A stretch of DNA of 59,139 nucleotides, filler included, from Trichosphaerium sp. ATCC 40318 (Eukaryota > Protista > Tubulinea): the NCBI GenBank assembly GCA_038496445.1. It is 3 parts of 3 records of this genome, joined end to end, with 100 filler letters (N's around TTAATTAATTAA, not from the genome) between each part and the next. Parts side by side here need not be neighbours in the genome. Positions count along the whole stretch, not along the records: positions 1 to 27,283 come from JALMLS010000543.1; positions 27,384 to 48,763 come from JALMLS010000517.1; 1 more part is not named here. One strand, 5' to 3'. Shown here piece after piece: positions 26,991 to 38,600 of this stretch; within the stretch, counting starts at the first letter, position 1, and each line of letters begins with the position of its first letter. The notes below the pieces were generated by a model. It was not told the origin of the DNA and searched no databases. It worked only from the letters and a program-made list of their open reading frames with translations. Made by a program: the position numbers and the translations under genes.

Positions 26991-28045
26991 GGTTTATCGG
27001 GTTTCCGTTGCACGATTTAAGTCAACCAATGTAGATATAGATACGCAGATAGTCAAAATCGTTCACGGTATTTTTCCAAACACAAAGTTTCCTTGTATCC
27101 ACTGCTCTCTAAGTGCCTATATCGCTATGTGCAGAAGTTTTGTAGCTCCTGAGGGTAAAATTATCTCTGTACGTGCGTCTTATTATTTTAGGAAAAAATT
27201 GCATGTGTATGGTCGTAATGGCTCCAAACCATTGCCAGTACGCTTGTAAACATCCCAAAAACTATCTCTGGAAATTTTGAAGGNNNNNNNNNNNNNNNNN
27301 NNNNNNNNNNNNNNNNNNNNNNNNNNNTTAATTAATTAANNNNNNNNNNNNNNNNNNNNNNNNNNNNNNNNNNNNNNNNNNNNTAAACATTTGCCAAATT
27401 CTCAGATTAATAGTAAGAGAACTACTGATTGAATTTTTGAAGCAAAGGTATTTTAGTATATATTTGTATGTAAGTTAAAACCCTACCTCAGTTGGTAAAT
27501 AATAGTTGTGGTATTAAAGACTCAAGCGGAGAAGTGTAAATCAACAATCACTTAGTCACGAAAGAGTCAGTGTCGGTGTGATTACTATTTTCTTCTCATG
27601 ATTGTTTGGTTTAAGCAAAGCAATATGACTTATCTCTAGGATGCTTCAATAGCGACTAATAATTACAGTTATACACCTTAACTTTTGTTTTAACATAAGA
27701 TGCAAAGTAGTGTGCAACATTTAACTAAAAAAATCCACTTTCTGACAGATCTTGCAAATCCCACTTTTAGTGATATGCCCTTGCACCTGTCCAGCGAATC
27801 CAACTGTTTCAAACCATGCGATTACCAAACGGACCCAAATTTTTATTTACTTATTTTGACACCAGCGGCGTTTACAAAGCCTGGGCCGTTCAAAAAAGCA
27901 AGGATGTACTGATCTACTTTTTTTGATACATGGGCAAGTAAAATCATGCTAACAGAGTGTTATTTATCTGTAAAAAAGGTCACATTTGCTCCAACGAACC
28001 TGGATGAATTTTCATAACAAAAGTATCTTAAACTATTGTATGATT

Positions 28046-31000
28046 CTACGTGTGCTTCTTTGCACTTTCAAGTTGGGCTATTTTAGCAAGTAGAATGGCA
28101 TTTCTCTCTTGTAGGCTAGTGACGGTTTTAGATAACTTAATATTGTCTTGCTTCAGGGTATTGATGCTTTGAGATAAGTTGATAAGGCCTTTTTCTTTGG
28201 TTCTATTGTCTTGCTTCAGGATAATAGTGTCTTTCTTCAAGTTGGCATTGCTTTTTGTAAGTTTTATATTGTCTTGCCTTAAGCTGGCAATGTCTTGTTG
28301 TTGCTTTGCATTTGTCTGCTGTAAATTATCATGAAGTTTCTTCATGTTCGCATTGCTCTTCTTTAGTTGGTCAACCTCATTGTTTGCTATTTGTAATTCT
28401 AGTTCAGGAGTATGGTCACCGGTTGAGTCCTCATCATGGGCAGCCCACAATTTTCTAGTGCACAACAATAAGAAAAGGCTATTGTGGTGTCTATACCGTG
28501 TATTAATGAAATTGTCCTCAGTGTCGGAGAGATCATCATCTGAACCATCACCTTCCGCAATTTTGTTGTCAAGTTTGCTTATACCTTTCTTGGCTTTTGA
28601 TGTGTTTCTTGGTCTAGTCTGTGTCTTATAGGCAACTTTGAGAATATAGCGAGCAACAGCTTGAGTATCTGAATAACATAGTGTTAGATAACATCATGTT
28701 TTGCTGTTGTTAGTATACCTTGTCCAACAACAAGCTCATCGCACACTCCAATGGTCACTTTATCTTCAGAGAGTGGTAAACCCAAGTGATCTACCAATGT
28801 GTAATGACTTTGGTATCCTGGCTTTATCGGCTGTCCTCTTAACTTGTCTGTTGAGTTGACCTTTTGCAATTGTTATTAAATAACGTAGATACAAAAGTGT
28901 TGTTTGTGTACAGGAAATACGTTGCCAGGAGTAACAAGACTCAAAATAATAGTTTTTTCTTTGTTTCCACCAGTATCATAAGAGCAAGCATACTTTATAC
29001 TCCTCTTTGTAAAAAGTTAAAATGAACTCTTACAGTCAGCTTTTTTACATGCAACAATGTTGTTAACGTACTGTGAAATAAATGCCTTGACCATAGTATC
29101 CAGCATCCAAAGCACTCACAGTTCCAAAACCAGCTTTGACAATACTGTGAGCTGCTTTCTCAGATGTTCCATGAACCATCAATATCACTGGTAACTAAAC
29201 GACAGGTAAGTGATTGTAAGATATTTCTGAGAGCTATACCTCTTCTTTTGGTTTGTCTTCAATATCAGTACTTTGATTTTTATCTTGTTGAGTGGGTATG
29301 GCATTGTATTTTAGATAAACTCTCTCTTTGTGGTAATCGTTTTTCCAATCTTGCTTTTTAAACAATGCAGGCAATTCTCTAAAATAAACATATGTTAGTC
29401 TCTTAAAATGGACGAAAAACAAACATACTGATGCCTGTGCTGCAGTATTTTGTTGTATCGACCAAAGTTTTCAGTCAAGATTTCATTGTAAACAAGAGTC
29501 GCTTCAATGATATTGTATTTGTCATAGCCATGCATTTTTGACATTTCTTGTTGAAGGATCTTGAATTCTCTGACTGCCACTTTGTCATTGGGATCAAGAA
29601 GATTCAGCATTTTGTAGTGTGTCGCCTTTGTAATAATACCTCTATTTTCCAAAAAGTGAACAATAATAAAACTAAAATATGACATTGAACGCACGTGTTT
29701 TTAGATCTGTCCCAATTATGTGCAAAATATAATCGTGGGTTTAGATCCCATGTGTTGTTACTTGTTAATCCTTTATATTTTATTCAATAGTAAGAACAAC
29801 AGTGACTTGTACCTCCTGTGCATTCTTCTTTTGAAAACTCATTTTGATTTGTTGTATTCCATGCGTCTTTGGGCATATCATACAAGATACCCTGCATTAA
29901 TCGTCCATCTTGTTTCCAGAAGTTCTGGCAAAAAAACGTGTTATTTATAAAGAGGTAGTAACATTTTGGATATCGCACAGGCAACAGTATAAATGTTGGT
30001 TTGTATGAAGAGCAAATTAAATAACAAATGCCTTTTTCCATTGCCAGTTTAAAATAAGACCGTGTTGGCTAAAGGTCAAATGATTAGTAAAACTACCATA
30101 TTATTCAATTGAAGCATACCAAGTACGGAAGCCACTCTTCAAGATTTGTTTCAAAATCCAACTTTAAGTTTGACGAACAGGATTTCCACAGACCTTGGCA
30201 TTGTTTACCACTTGGACAGTGTTTCAAGAAGGTTACAAAAGCTTCAACAGATCCAGGGGCATTTGATACAACTCGCTTAAATAGCATGAAAAGGAAGTCT
30301 TGCCACTTTTTTTTGTTTGGCACTATAACTAAATACAATAAATATTAGTTAAATAGTCAGCTAATGTACATGAGTTGGCGTCTTTTCTATGTTCCTCAAC
30401 AACATCAATACTTGTACTGGCTTTGATTAACATTGACAATATGTCGTGGTGTCCTTTGTATACTAAATAGTAACAAGTTTAAGGTTTGTGATAACTACAT
30501 GATGTGATACCTGCGCACTTTAGGGGTGTTTCTCTAAAGTCACCAACAACATCAACGTTTGCACCAGCTTTGATTAACTTTGATACAATTTCAGTGTGTC
30601 CATGTAGTACTAAATAGTACCATTATAAAACATGTTGTAGCATATGACATTACCTGCTGTAGTTAAAGCCGGCCTGTTTAAAGTATCGTCAATGGCATCA
30701 ATGTTTGTAGTGACTTTGATTAACATTGATACGATTTCACTATGCCCTTCCTTTGCTAAATACGAACATAAGTAAAAACATATTGTATTTCATAGGTGAC
30801 ATACCTGCCCAAATCAAAGCTGTGTTTCCATATGCATCAAGGCCATCAATATTTGCTTTGGCATTGATCAACATTGCTACGATTTTAATGTGTCCCTCTT
30901 GTACTAACTCTTATTGTAAGCAAGTAAACGTTGTATCTCAGTAGTTCTCTTTGTGATATTCATTACCTGCATGAATCAAAGCTGTCTTTCTATATGCATC

Positions 31001-31860
31001 AACAGCATCAATATTTGCACTGGCATTGATCAACATTGCTACGATTTTAATGTGTCCCTTTTGTACTAACTTTTATGTGAGTAAATAGCCACGTGGTTAT
31101 GAAAATTTTCAAATTTCTGTTTGATATCTTTACTGCCCCAAGTGCTTTTATCCTGTTTTTAATGCTTCCAACCAGTTTAAAATAATTTGTATCAATTTAC
31201 GGGCTTTGAGGGCTGTTAAGCGATGCTATTTTTTGTCAAAAAATAATTTTGGCAAGAAAACTCAAAAGGACTTTGTCAAAGTACTTGTTCGTAACCCACG
31301 TCCCACCTTAAAAAAACACGCAACCGCCTTTTAATGTATCCAAACAGTTAGTCTACGCATAAAAACGCATACAGAGGCGGAAAATTTTAACTTAAAATCG
31401 ACTTATGTGATTTTCATTACCTGCATGAATCAAAGCAGTCTTTCCATACTTATCAACAGCATCTATATTTGCACCAGCTTTGATTAACATTGATACGACT
31501 TCATTGCGTCCATAGTATGCTAAATAGTAACCTGAGTGAAGGCACTGTATCTCATCGTTACCTGCATATGCCAAAGCTGTCTTTCCATTTTTATCAACAG
31601 CATCTATAGTTCTATGTACTTTAATTAAAGTTGAAACAATGTCTCTACAGCCATTTGTAGCTATAATTGGTTAACTATTTGCTAGCCAAGAATGACAAAC
31701 CTGCAAAATATAATACAAATTTAATTACGCGGACACGTGAACGATATACATTGTTGGTAAGTACTACTAACAGCGTAAGGTAATTATTAGCAAGAAGAAG
31801 ATTCAAAGCATTGTTCTTACTGGATAAATGTTGGTTTTCTTCATTTTGTGGCTCAGTCAT
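28046..31860 (-). CDS. Ankyrin repeats + PARP-like ADP-ribosyltransferase + C-terminal coiled coil
   Basis: Ankyrin exons (LIKAGANIDAVDKYGKTALIHA); WHGT..IVKAGFG..DAGYYGQGIYF..YA..GYQSHY..DELVV (H-Y-E type); heptad tail at 28046-28468. Confidence 0.8.
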
Positions 31861-33285
31861 GACGTGTCACTATTGAAGTTGTCGTAAAGCGGTATTAATT
31901 GACTTGACCTGAGATTTTTAGGTGAACTATTATCGTTTTTTTGGTGTTTTTGTTTTGTGTTGCGGTGAAATAGTTTTGTTGGTTTCTCCAAAACTCTTAT
32001 TACAGCCAAACATCCTTCTTAATACTCCAAGATTAAATGGCTAAATCTTGCGGAGATATTGCGACACATTATGTGACTGCAAAAGGCTGCTAACAAACAA
32101 TGGTATGAATGCCTCAAACACTGTTTGCTATATGTTAGATGAACACTTTTATGAGCAACTGTATGAGTAAGCAAGACTGGTTTGGAGGAAGACTAACGTC
32201 TCGGTGGCTCTAACGCAACACACGAGTAAGTGTTTATATCTTAGAACATACATTTACAAGTGGTATTTATGCAGGAAAAATGGATCCTCAAATTCAGTTT
32301 TCTCAATAAATTCAGTTTTTAGGATCAGAAAAAGTTTGTCCTTTTTCAAGGGTATAGGGTTATTTATTTAGTATACCAAGGCATTCTGGGTGGGGAAGGG
32401 GTGATCGTTGCTTGCCATCAGTTATCTGTGCTTGCCAGTATCTGGTAATCTAAGGATTGTGAGGTTGGTCAGCAAAGTTCCTCAAACGCCTGGAATTCGT
32501 GAGAATATACAGACATTTTGCTTCAAAATACAACTTAACCCTACCCCAGCCGTACTTTTTGTTGCTAAGGTTTCATTTCAAACCAATTTGTATGAGTATG
32601 GCTATGACGAACGAAGCGAGCGATTGAATGCCAAGTACGAGGGTAAAAAAAACTAACCTACAACTCCTAATTCGGACATTTGAATACAAAAACGTTTTAC
32701 TCCGTTCTTCCACCTTGACACAGTTATTTGCCACAACGACTAGTCGAACAAGATCCTTGTTGCCGGTTAACAAGGAAACATTCCCGTCGCCAACATTGCC
32801 TACACTTTCATTTCAAGTAAACTGTGTAGTATAAGCCACGGACCTTGTTTGCTCATGCATGCTCAGAACTCTGCCATTTGTTTCGTAGTTGTACAAACCC
32901 TGTTTACGTACGTTTGAGACTACGATTTACCATGAGCTGTAAGCAACTTTCACAGCATATTTGATGGTACTGGTTCAATATTAAGTATTTCGGCAGTCGT
33001 TTTCCACTTTACTTGGACAATCAATCACTGAGGCAAGGATTTACCCATCAAAAACCCAAGCAACCATACTCTCATATACAGAAGCAAAGGTCTCAGGAGT
33101 TTGTTTCTTGGCCTTATCGCTTGGTCGCTACACTGACCTTCCTACATGAGTGGTATGTAACGTGTATTTGATATATCTTCATGTAAGCGCTTATTACAGC
33201 CGTAGTAAACAAAAAATCGGCATTCTTTAAGAGGTTTGTGCAATGGTTAACCGAGCTCGCCAAAAACGATAAGTCAAGCATACGA

Positions 33286-33366
33286 TGTCACGATAATACT
33301 ACTGTACTTAGAATAAAACATCAGACTTAAACTAAACTCGTAACCCTCGCATCTCTTGTCGTAACA
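33286..33366 (+). repeat. 5' LTR (81 bp)
   Basis: TGTCACGATA...GTCGTAACA, identical to 40844-40924; contains AATAAA. Confidence 0.97.
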
Positions 33367-33371
33367 TATTT

Positions 33372-33397
33372 TGGCTACACTACAGGGTATTTGAACC
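33372..33397 (+). promoter_or_regulatory. Primer binding site (Asp-tRNA-like pattern)
   Basis: TGGCTACACTACAGGGTA-TTTGAACC begins 5 nt after the LTR. Its reverse complement ends in CCA and contains GGTTCAAAT. Confidence 0.75.
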
Positions 33398-33514
33398 TCC
33401 ACAAGTTAAAGTAATAACTCTCACAACACAAAAATTATTCTATCGGCTATACAAGGTATTCACCTTTGACGCCAGCTACAGTATAATACACTAGTCCGTG
33501 CGATTTCCGGACTT

Positions 33515-33735
33515 GGGGCAGTACATCTCCTTAAAACCTGTACACAAAATCGATACTTTCGCTTTTAGTGTTAGTATTGGGGGTAGTACATCTCCTTAAA
33601 ACCTGTACAACGTTAAACTGCGAACACCTGTGACTTTGGTGTTCACTGGAGCTATACACTCTACAAAACTGTATACTAATCGGTACACGTACTTATAACG
33701 GTATCGGGGGCAGTACATCTCCTTAAAATCTGTAC
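33515..33735 (+). repeat. Three direct ~29-nt repeats in the retroelement leader
   Basis: GGGG(C/T)AGTACATCTCCTTAAAA(C/T)CTGTAC at ~33515, ~33580, ~33707. Confidence 0.9.
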
Positions 33736-33885
33736 ACAACAAAGTTACGCTTTCTTACGGACATAAAGTTTAAACGGCAAACGTCCTTCTGTGTGCAGGT
33801 ATCTAAAGCACACCACGAAAGCTACGTACCACTACAAAATCGGAATTTCAGTTGTTACGAGATATAATTTGATCCGTCTACTTAG

Positions 33886-35622
33886 ATGTCCGATAAACAA
33901 CAACAACCACCACCGGCAACTGGACAAGGAGGCCAGCCTAAAGGGCAGTCGAACGTTCAGGGTCAAGGTACGACAGTCGAAGCTTCGCTAGCCGCTTTGG
34001 TCAGTATGGTCCAAGCTATGCAACGTGACGTTAAAGAGCAAAGAACTCAGTTAATATATTTAACAAATGAGAACAATAAACGCTCTGTTCCAGTTGCTAA
34101 GCCTCCATCTCAAAGACCTGCTAGACCACCTTCTTCTCCATATCGACAACCTTCGTCCTATTTGTATGAGACGCCTCACATTGCTGCTCAGAGACGCCAG
34201 TCGCGTCAACCTGTTCAGAATGCGCCTCTAACACAATTTGGACAAGTTAGTCAGCCTCAACCGCCAGTTACTACGGTAGCGAAACCTCCGTTACCTTCTC
34301 CTCAAATTCCTGCGACTCCGGATCCCGTTATCGTACCTCCCGTGCGTATATCTGAGGAACGTGCTAAAGTTCTCTGGGTCCTTGCAACTGATTCTGCGAA
34401 AAAATCAATTGCTGATCCTGTACTCGAAGATGACTTGAGCAACAGTGACCGAATCTCCATACGCAAGAAAACTGGGAAACAACGAGAACAGTACGCGCTA
34501 AGAATGTATTCCTCTCTTTGCGCTTCAGAAACAGTATTACTTATTCAAAAGGAAATGAATAAGTCTAAGCCAGATCCTCCGCCTCCTCAGCCTGCTCCTG
34601 CACCTTTTGTGGTTCCACAACCTTCTCAGATGCAACAACAAGCTCAAGCGCCTATGCAACAGATGATGACTCCTGTCTATTCGCCTTCCAACGTTACACA
34701 ACCGATGGCTTCTACGAATGGAAATCAATCCACACTTTATTCTGGATCGAACAATTCTTATAACGTTACACACAACTCTGGCTATCCTAGCGGTTATATC
34801 CAACGCGCTAAGCCTCGTTCTCTACCATTCAAAGGCGAACAAGGAGAAAATGTTATTCACTGGATCGATCAGATGAGAGCAGAAGCCATACATCAACCTA
34901 TGAGTGTTCAGATGTTCATTGCAATGATTGAACGTAACCTCAAAGGGTTCGCTAATGATTGGTATGTCTATACATTTCCTGGTGGCGCGAAAGAAGGTCA
35001 GCAAGACGAATTATTGCAACGTATCGAAACATATTTCTCCACTGAAGCTACTCGAGAAAGTCGGAAGAAGATATTCAAAGATTATAAACAGTCGACGCGT
35101 AGAGTTATACAATACGCTGCTAGAAAAGAAAGACTAGCCTACGACGCTGGATATTTTGGTAACGACAGTACCAAAATTGAAAAGTTTATCAAAGGTTTGA
35201 ACAGAAATATTCAAGAGCACTTGCGCAAAGAACGATTTGCTTGGTCCGATTGGGATGAATGTGTTCGTCGTGCACACCAGATCGAAGCTGCAATTCACGC
35301 TACCGATGATGCCTTCAAGACGAAAGATGCTCCCAAACAGCCAAAGCCTAAGCCTAGGCCAACGAGAAAGACGCCTACAACGACTGCGAAGACTGATAGT
35401 GGTTCAGATGGAACTACTGGTCTTAGCCGCTGGAACAATCCAAATGGCGATCCTCCTCGCGCTAGAATGCAATTCTGTACTATTCACAACCGTTGGGGAT
35501 ATCACTCTTCCGACAAGTGCCATTTGAAAACAAATGATGACAAAACGACTCCTCAGGCCACCGCGAAACCCGTTTCTGCTGCTAGTGTCCTTATCGAAGA
35601 TGATGAGTCAAAAAACGAGTAA
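33886..35622 (+). CDS. gag: Gag polyprotein (long Pro/Gln-rich N-terminus, capsid domain, CHHC-type knuckle)
   Basis: PFKGEQGENVIHWI..LKGFANDWY..KFIKGL; knuckle CTIHNRWGYHSSDKC. Confidence 0.9.
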   Translation: MSDKQQQPPPATGQGGQPKGQSNVQGQGTTVEASLAALVSMVQAMQRDVKEQRTQLIYLTNENNKRSVPVAKPPSQRPARPPSSPYRQPSSYLYETPHIAAQRRQSRQPVQNAPLTQFGQVSQPQPPVTTVAKPPLPSPQIPATPDPVIVPPVRISEERAKVLWVLATDSAKKSIADPVLEDDLSNSDRISIRKKTGKQREQYALRMYSSLCASETVLLIQKEMNKSKPDPPPPQPAPAPFVVPQPSQMQQQAQAPMQQMMTPVYSPSNVTQPMASTNGNQSTLYSGSNNSYNVTHNSGYPSGYIQRAKPRSLPFKGEQGENVIHWIDQMRAEAIHQPMSVQMFIAMIERNLKGFANDWYVYTFPGGAKEGQQDELLQRIETYFSTEATRESRKKIFKDYKQSTRRVIQYAARKERLAYDAGYFGNDSTKIEKFIKGLNRNIQEHLRKERFAWSDWDECVRRAHQIEAAIHATDDAFKTKDAPKQPKPKPRPTRKTPTTTAKTDSGSDGTTGLSRWNNPNGDPPRARMQFCTIHNRWGYHSSDKCHLKTNDDKTTPQATAKPVSAASVLIEDDESKNE

Positions 35623-35674
35623 ACGACATCGAACATGGCTCAAACGATGTCTGTACTCTCAAATCTCCTGAGCC
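35610..35674 (+). promoter_or_regulatory. -1 programmed ribosomal frameshift signal
   Basis: A AAA AAC in gag frame (35610-35616), 8-nt spacer, stem 1 GACATCG/CGATGTC, stem 2 GGCTCA/TGAGCC. pol lies in the -1 frame and is open from this point. Confidence 0.85.
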
Positions 35675-38600
35675 GAAAGGAGAAACCACAACAACAAGCA
35701 ATAAAAAATTTATTTTACAAAAAAGTGTTGTTAACTCTCCGAATCCTCCCTCATATATATTGGCGCACATAAATCAAGCTCCGGTCGTAGCATATCTCGA
35801 TGGTGGTTGTCAAAAATCTCTGATCCATGCTTCCTTCTTGAATAATATTCCTGAAGCGACGATCAGATCAACCACAGCAAAAGCAGTCGCCCTCAATTCT
35901 ACCAATTTCTCTCTTGACGGTATAGTAAAAGTCTCGTTGTCTTTCGGTAACATGACGCCGTTGGAAGTTGAATTATATGTGACTTCTGGGATGGATGAAA
36001 CAATGGTTATTGGTCGCGATCTCCAAGATCTATTCGAAATGAGTGTGAACTATTCTAAACGAATGGTTTGTTTCGAAAAGAATGATCCTATTCCTATTAT
36101 CAACAAAAGTAATAAGGATGGAGAAGTAAGATTATTATACTCTCGCGATCAAGTACAAATTTATCCTCGTGAAACTGTCATATTGGCGATGAAGTTTCGC
36201 GATGGTATCCCAAATGGAACAGCAGGCGTAGTTACTCCTGTTGGACCAATTTGGAAGAAAAAGCTAGTTACCGGTCCGACGATTGCGGTTGTTAATGCTG
36301 ATAAATGTGTCATGCAGATTACCAACATGTCGGATAAGATTGTGGTCATTCAACCTGGTCAACGTCTTGGTAAGTTCGAATCGACTACTACAAAAATGTA
36401 TGTCCGTGGTTTGAGGACCATAGACCAGATTAACGAATACAAAGCTACTCAAACTGAACTTGACTTGGTTGAAGAATATTTTGGAAAACAATTATCAGAA
36501 TGTGATTTCGAAGACGAAGAAGACGCAAAAACTATACGCAATCTTCTTGCTTCTCATCTGAAATCGTTTGACGTGTCCTTGGATAAACCTCCTAAGACCG
36601 CGGTCAAATTGCACATCAATACTGGTGATTCAGCTCCTGTCGCTTCTACTCCTCGACGATTCCCAAAGCGTTACGTAGAATTCATCCGCAAGTTTATTAA
36701 AGATTATCTATCCACGGGTTTGATAAGACCATCCACTAGTCCCTGGGCCGCTCCGATTGTGATCGCTCCGAAAAAGGATGGCACTTTAAGATTCTGTATC
36801 GATTATCGCGGCTTGAACAGGTCTAAAAAAATATACCAGTTTTTTTGGTATATACCACTTTTATACCACTTTTTTATACCAGTTTTTTATGGTATATACC
36901 AAAAAAAGTGGTATATTTTGACTGAAATATACCAAAAAAAGTGGTATATTGACCAAATATACCAACAATATACCAAAAAAAACAGGTATAAAAACAGAAA
37001 ATATACCACTTTTTTTCACCAGAAAAAAAAAAAAATACCACTTTTTTATACCACTTTTTTTAGGTATATACCAGTTATATACCACTTTTTTATACCAGTT
37101 TTTCATGGTATATACCACTCTTATATACCACTTTATGCTTACTTATAGTACACCTGCAATTCCAGAAAATACACTTTATTTAATACACAGTTTGTGAGTT
37201 ACAAGTTTTGGACAATGTCCACTACAGTTACATTACTATGGGCGTCTGGAAAATTCGTCCATCTCCATGAGCTTTCTGTACCTACTGTAAAAACATGCTG
37301 CGCACCTAATGAAAGTGGTTCCACCTGAATCTATCAATTACTAAGGCCTACGGAGGTCGGTTAATGTATATCAAACGAAAATAAAATAAAACTTTGTCTG
37401 GTACCCACGAACGTCTGTATAATACCTGCAATATAGTTTCCTCAATGTTGGTACTGGAATCAGGTCCTGCGGTTCGAATGAGCTTGGTTTGGTTAGATTC
37501 TATGATATACTAAGGTCCCTACGCACCGTTCAATGTATGACGTCCATGATCGTTCAACAAGAAAACCCATTACCAAAAAGCTCCTTAATGACCTTCTTGA
37601 AGCATACCATAAAAGTGGTATATACCAATAAAAAGGTGGTATATACCACATACCATAAAAAAGTGGTATATACCACTTTATATACCATTTTTAGAAGGTC
37701 TCATTATGTGAATGAAAAGTGGTATATACCACTTCCATATACCACTTTTTTATTCACTTAATTTTTAAAAAAAGTGGTATTTCAAAATGGTATATACCAG
37801 TTCATATACCATTTTGTTGAAAAAAGTGGTATATACCATAAAAAAACTGGTATATACCACTTTAATTTTTAGACCTGAACGCGGTTACAAAGAGAGATGT
37901 CTATCCCATACCTAACATTGATGACGCATTTGATGCGTTGGTTGGCAGTCATTACTTCTCAGTTATGGATGCCTTGTCTGGCTTCCATCAGCTACAAATG
38001 GATGAAAATTCTATTGAGAAGACTGCTTTTATCGATCAATCAGGATTATATGAATGGACGGCAATGCCTTTGGAGGTTTGACTAACGCCCCCGCTACTTG
38101 GCAGCGTTATATGAACTTGGTTTTAGCTGGTCTCACGTGGCAAATCTGCCTTGTGTACATCGATGATATCATAGTCTATTCAAAGGACTTTAAAACTCAC
38201 ATAGAACGACTAGATACTGTTTTAACTCAACTGGAAAAATTCAATGTTAAGTTGAAACCGAAAAAATGTAAATTCTTTCTCAAAGAATTAAATTATCTTG
38301 GACACGTGGTCACCAGCAATGGAAGAAAACCTGATCCAGCGAAGATTGAAGCTATCGCAAAAATGCCTTATCCTAGTGGAAAGAACAAACTTAAACAGCT
38401 TCAACGTTTCCTAGCTATGGTCAAGTACTATGGTTGTTATGTCGACAACCTCGCTAAAAGATCGTATCATCTGCGAATACTCACGCACAAGAACACAGAA
38501 TGGATCTGGTCCCAAAATCAAATAGACGCATTCAACGATTTAAGAACCTGCTTGACGCAAGAGCCTATCGTATTAGCCTATCCTGATTTTAACCGAGAAT

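Noticed and set aside
27284-27383. TTAATTAATTAA palindrome inside an N-run
   Set aside because: Identical in both gaps; an artificial six-frame-stop scaffold linker. Adjacency across the gaps is therefore not guaranteed.
32060-33240. Short ORFs upstream of the LTR element
   Set aside because: No recognisable motifs or consistent splice model; left unannotated.
33251-33260. Single CCGAGCTCG next to the LTR insertion site
   Set aside because: Isolated, lacks the GTT/AAC arms and phasing; compatible with chance.
36861-37197. ORFs rich in Y/K/F/W and the apparent C-terminus of the 35760-37148 ORF
   Set aside because: Read-through into the GGTATATACC arrays of the nested transposon.
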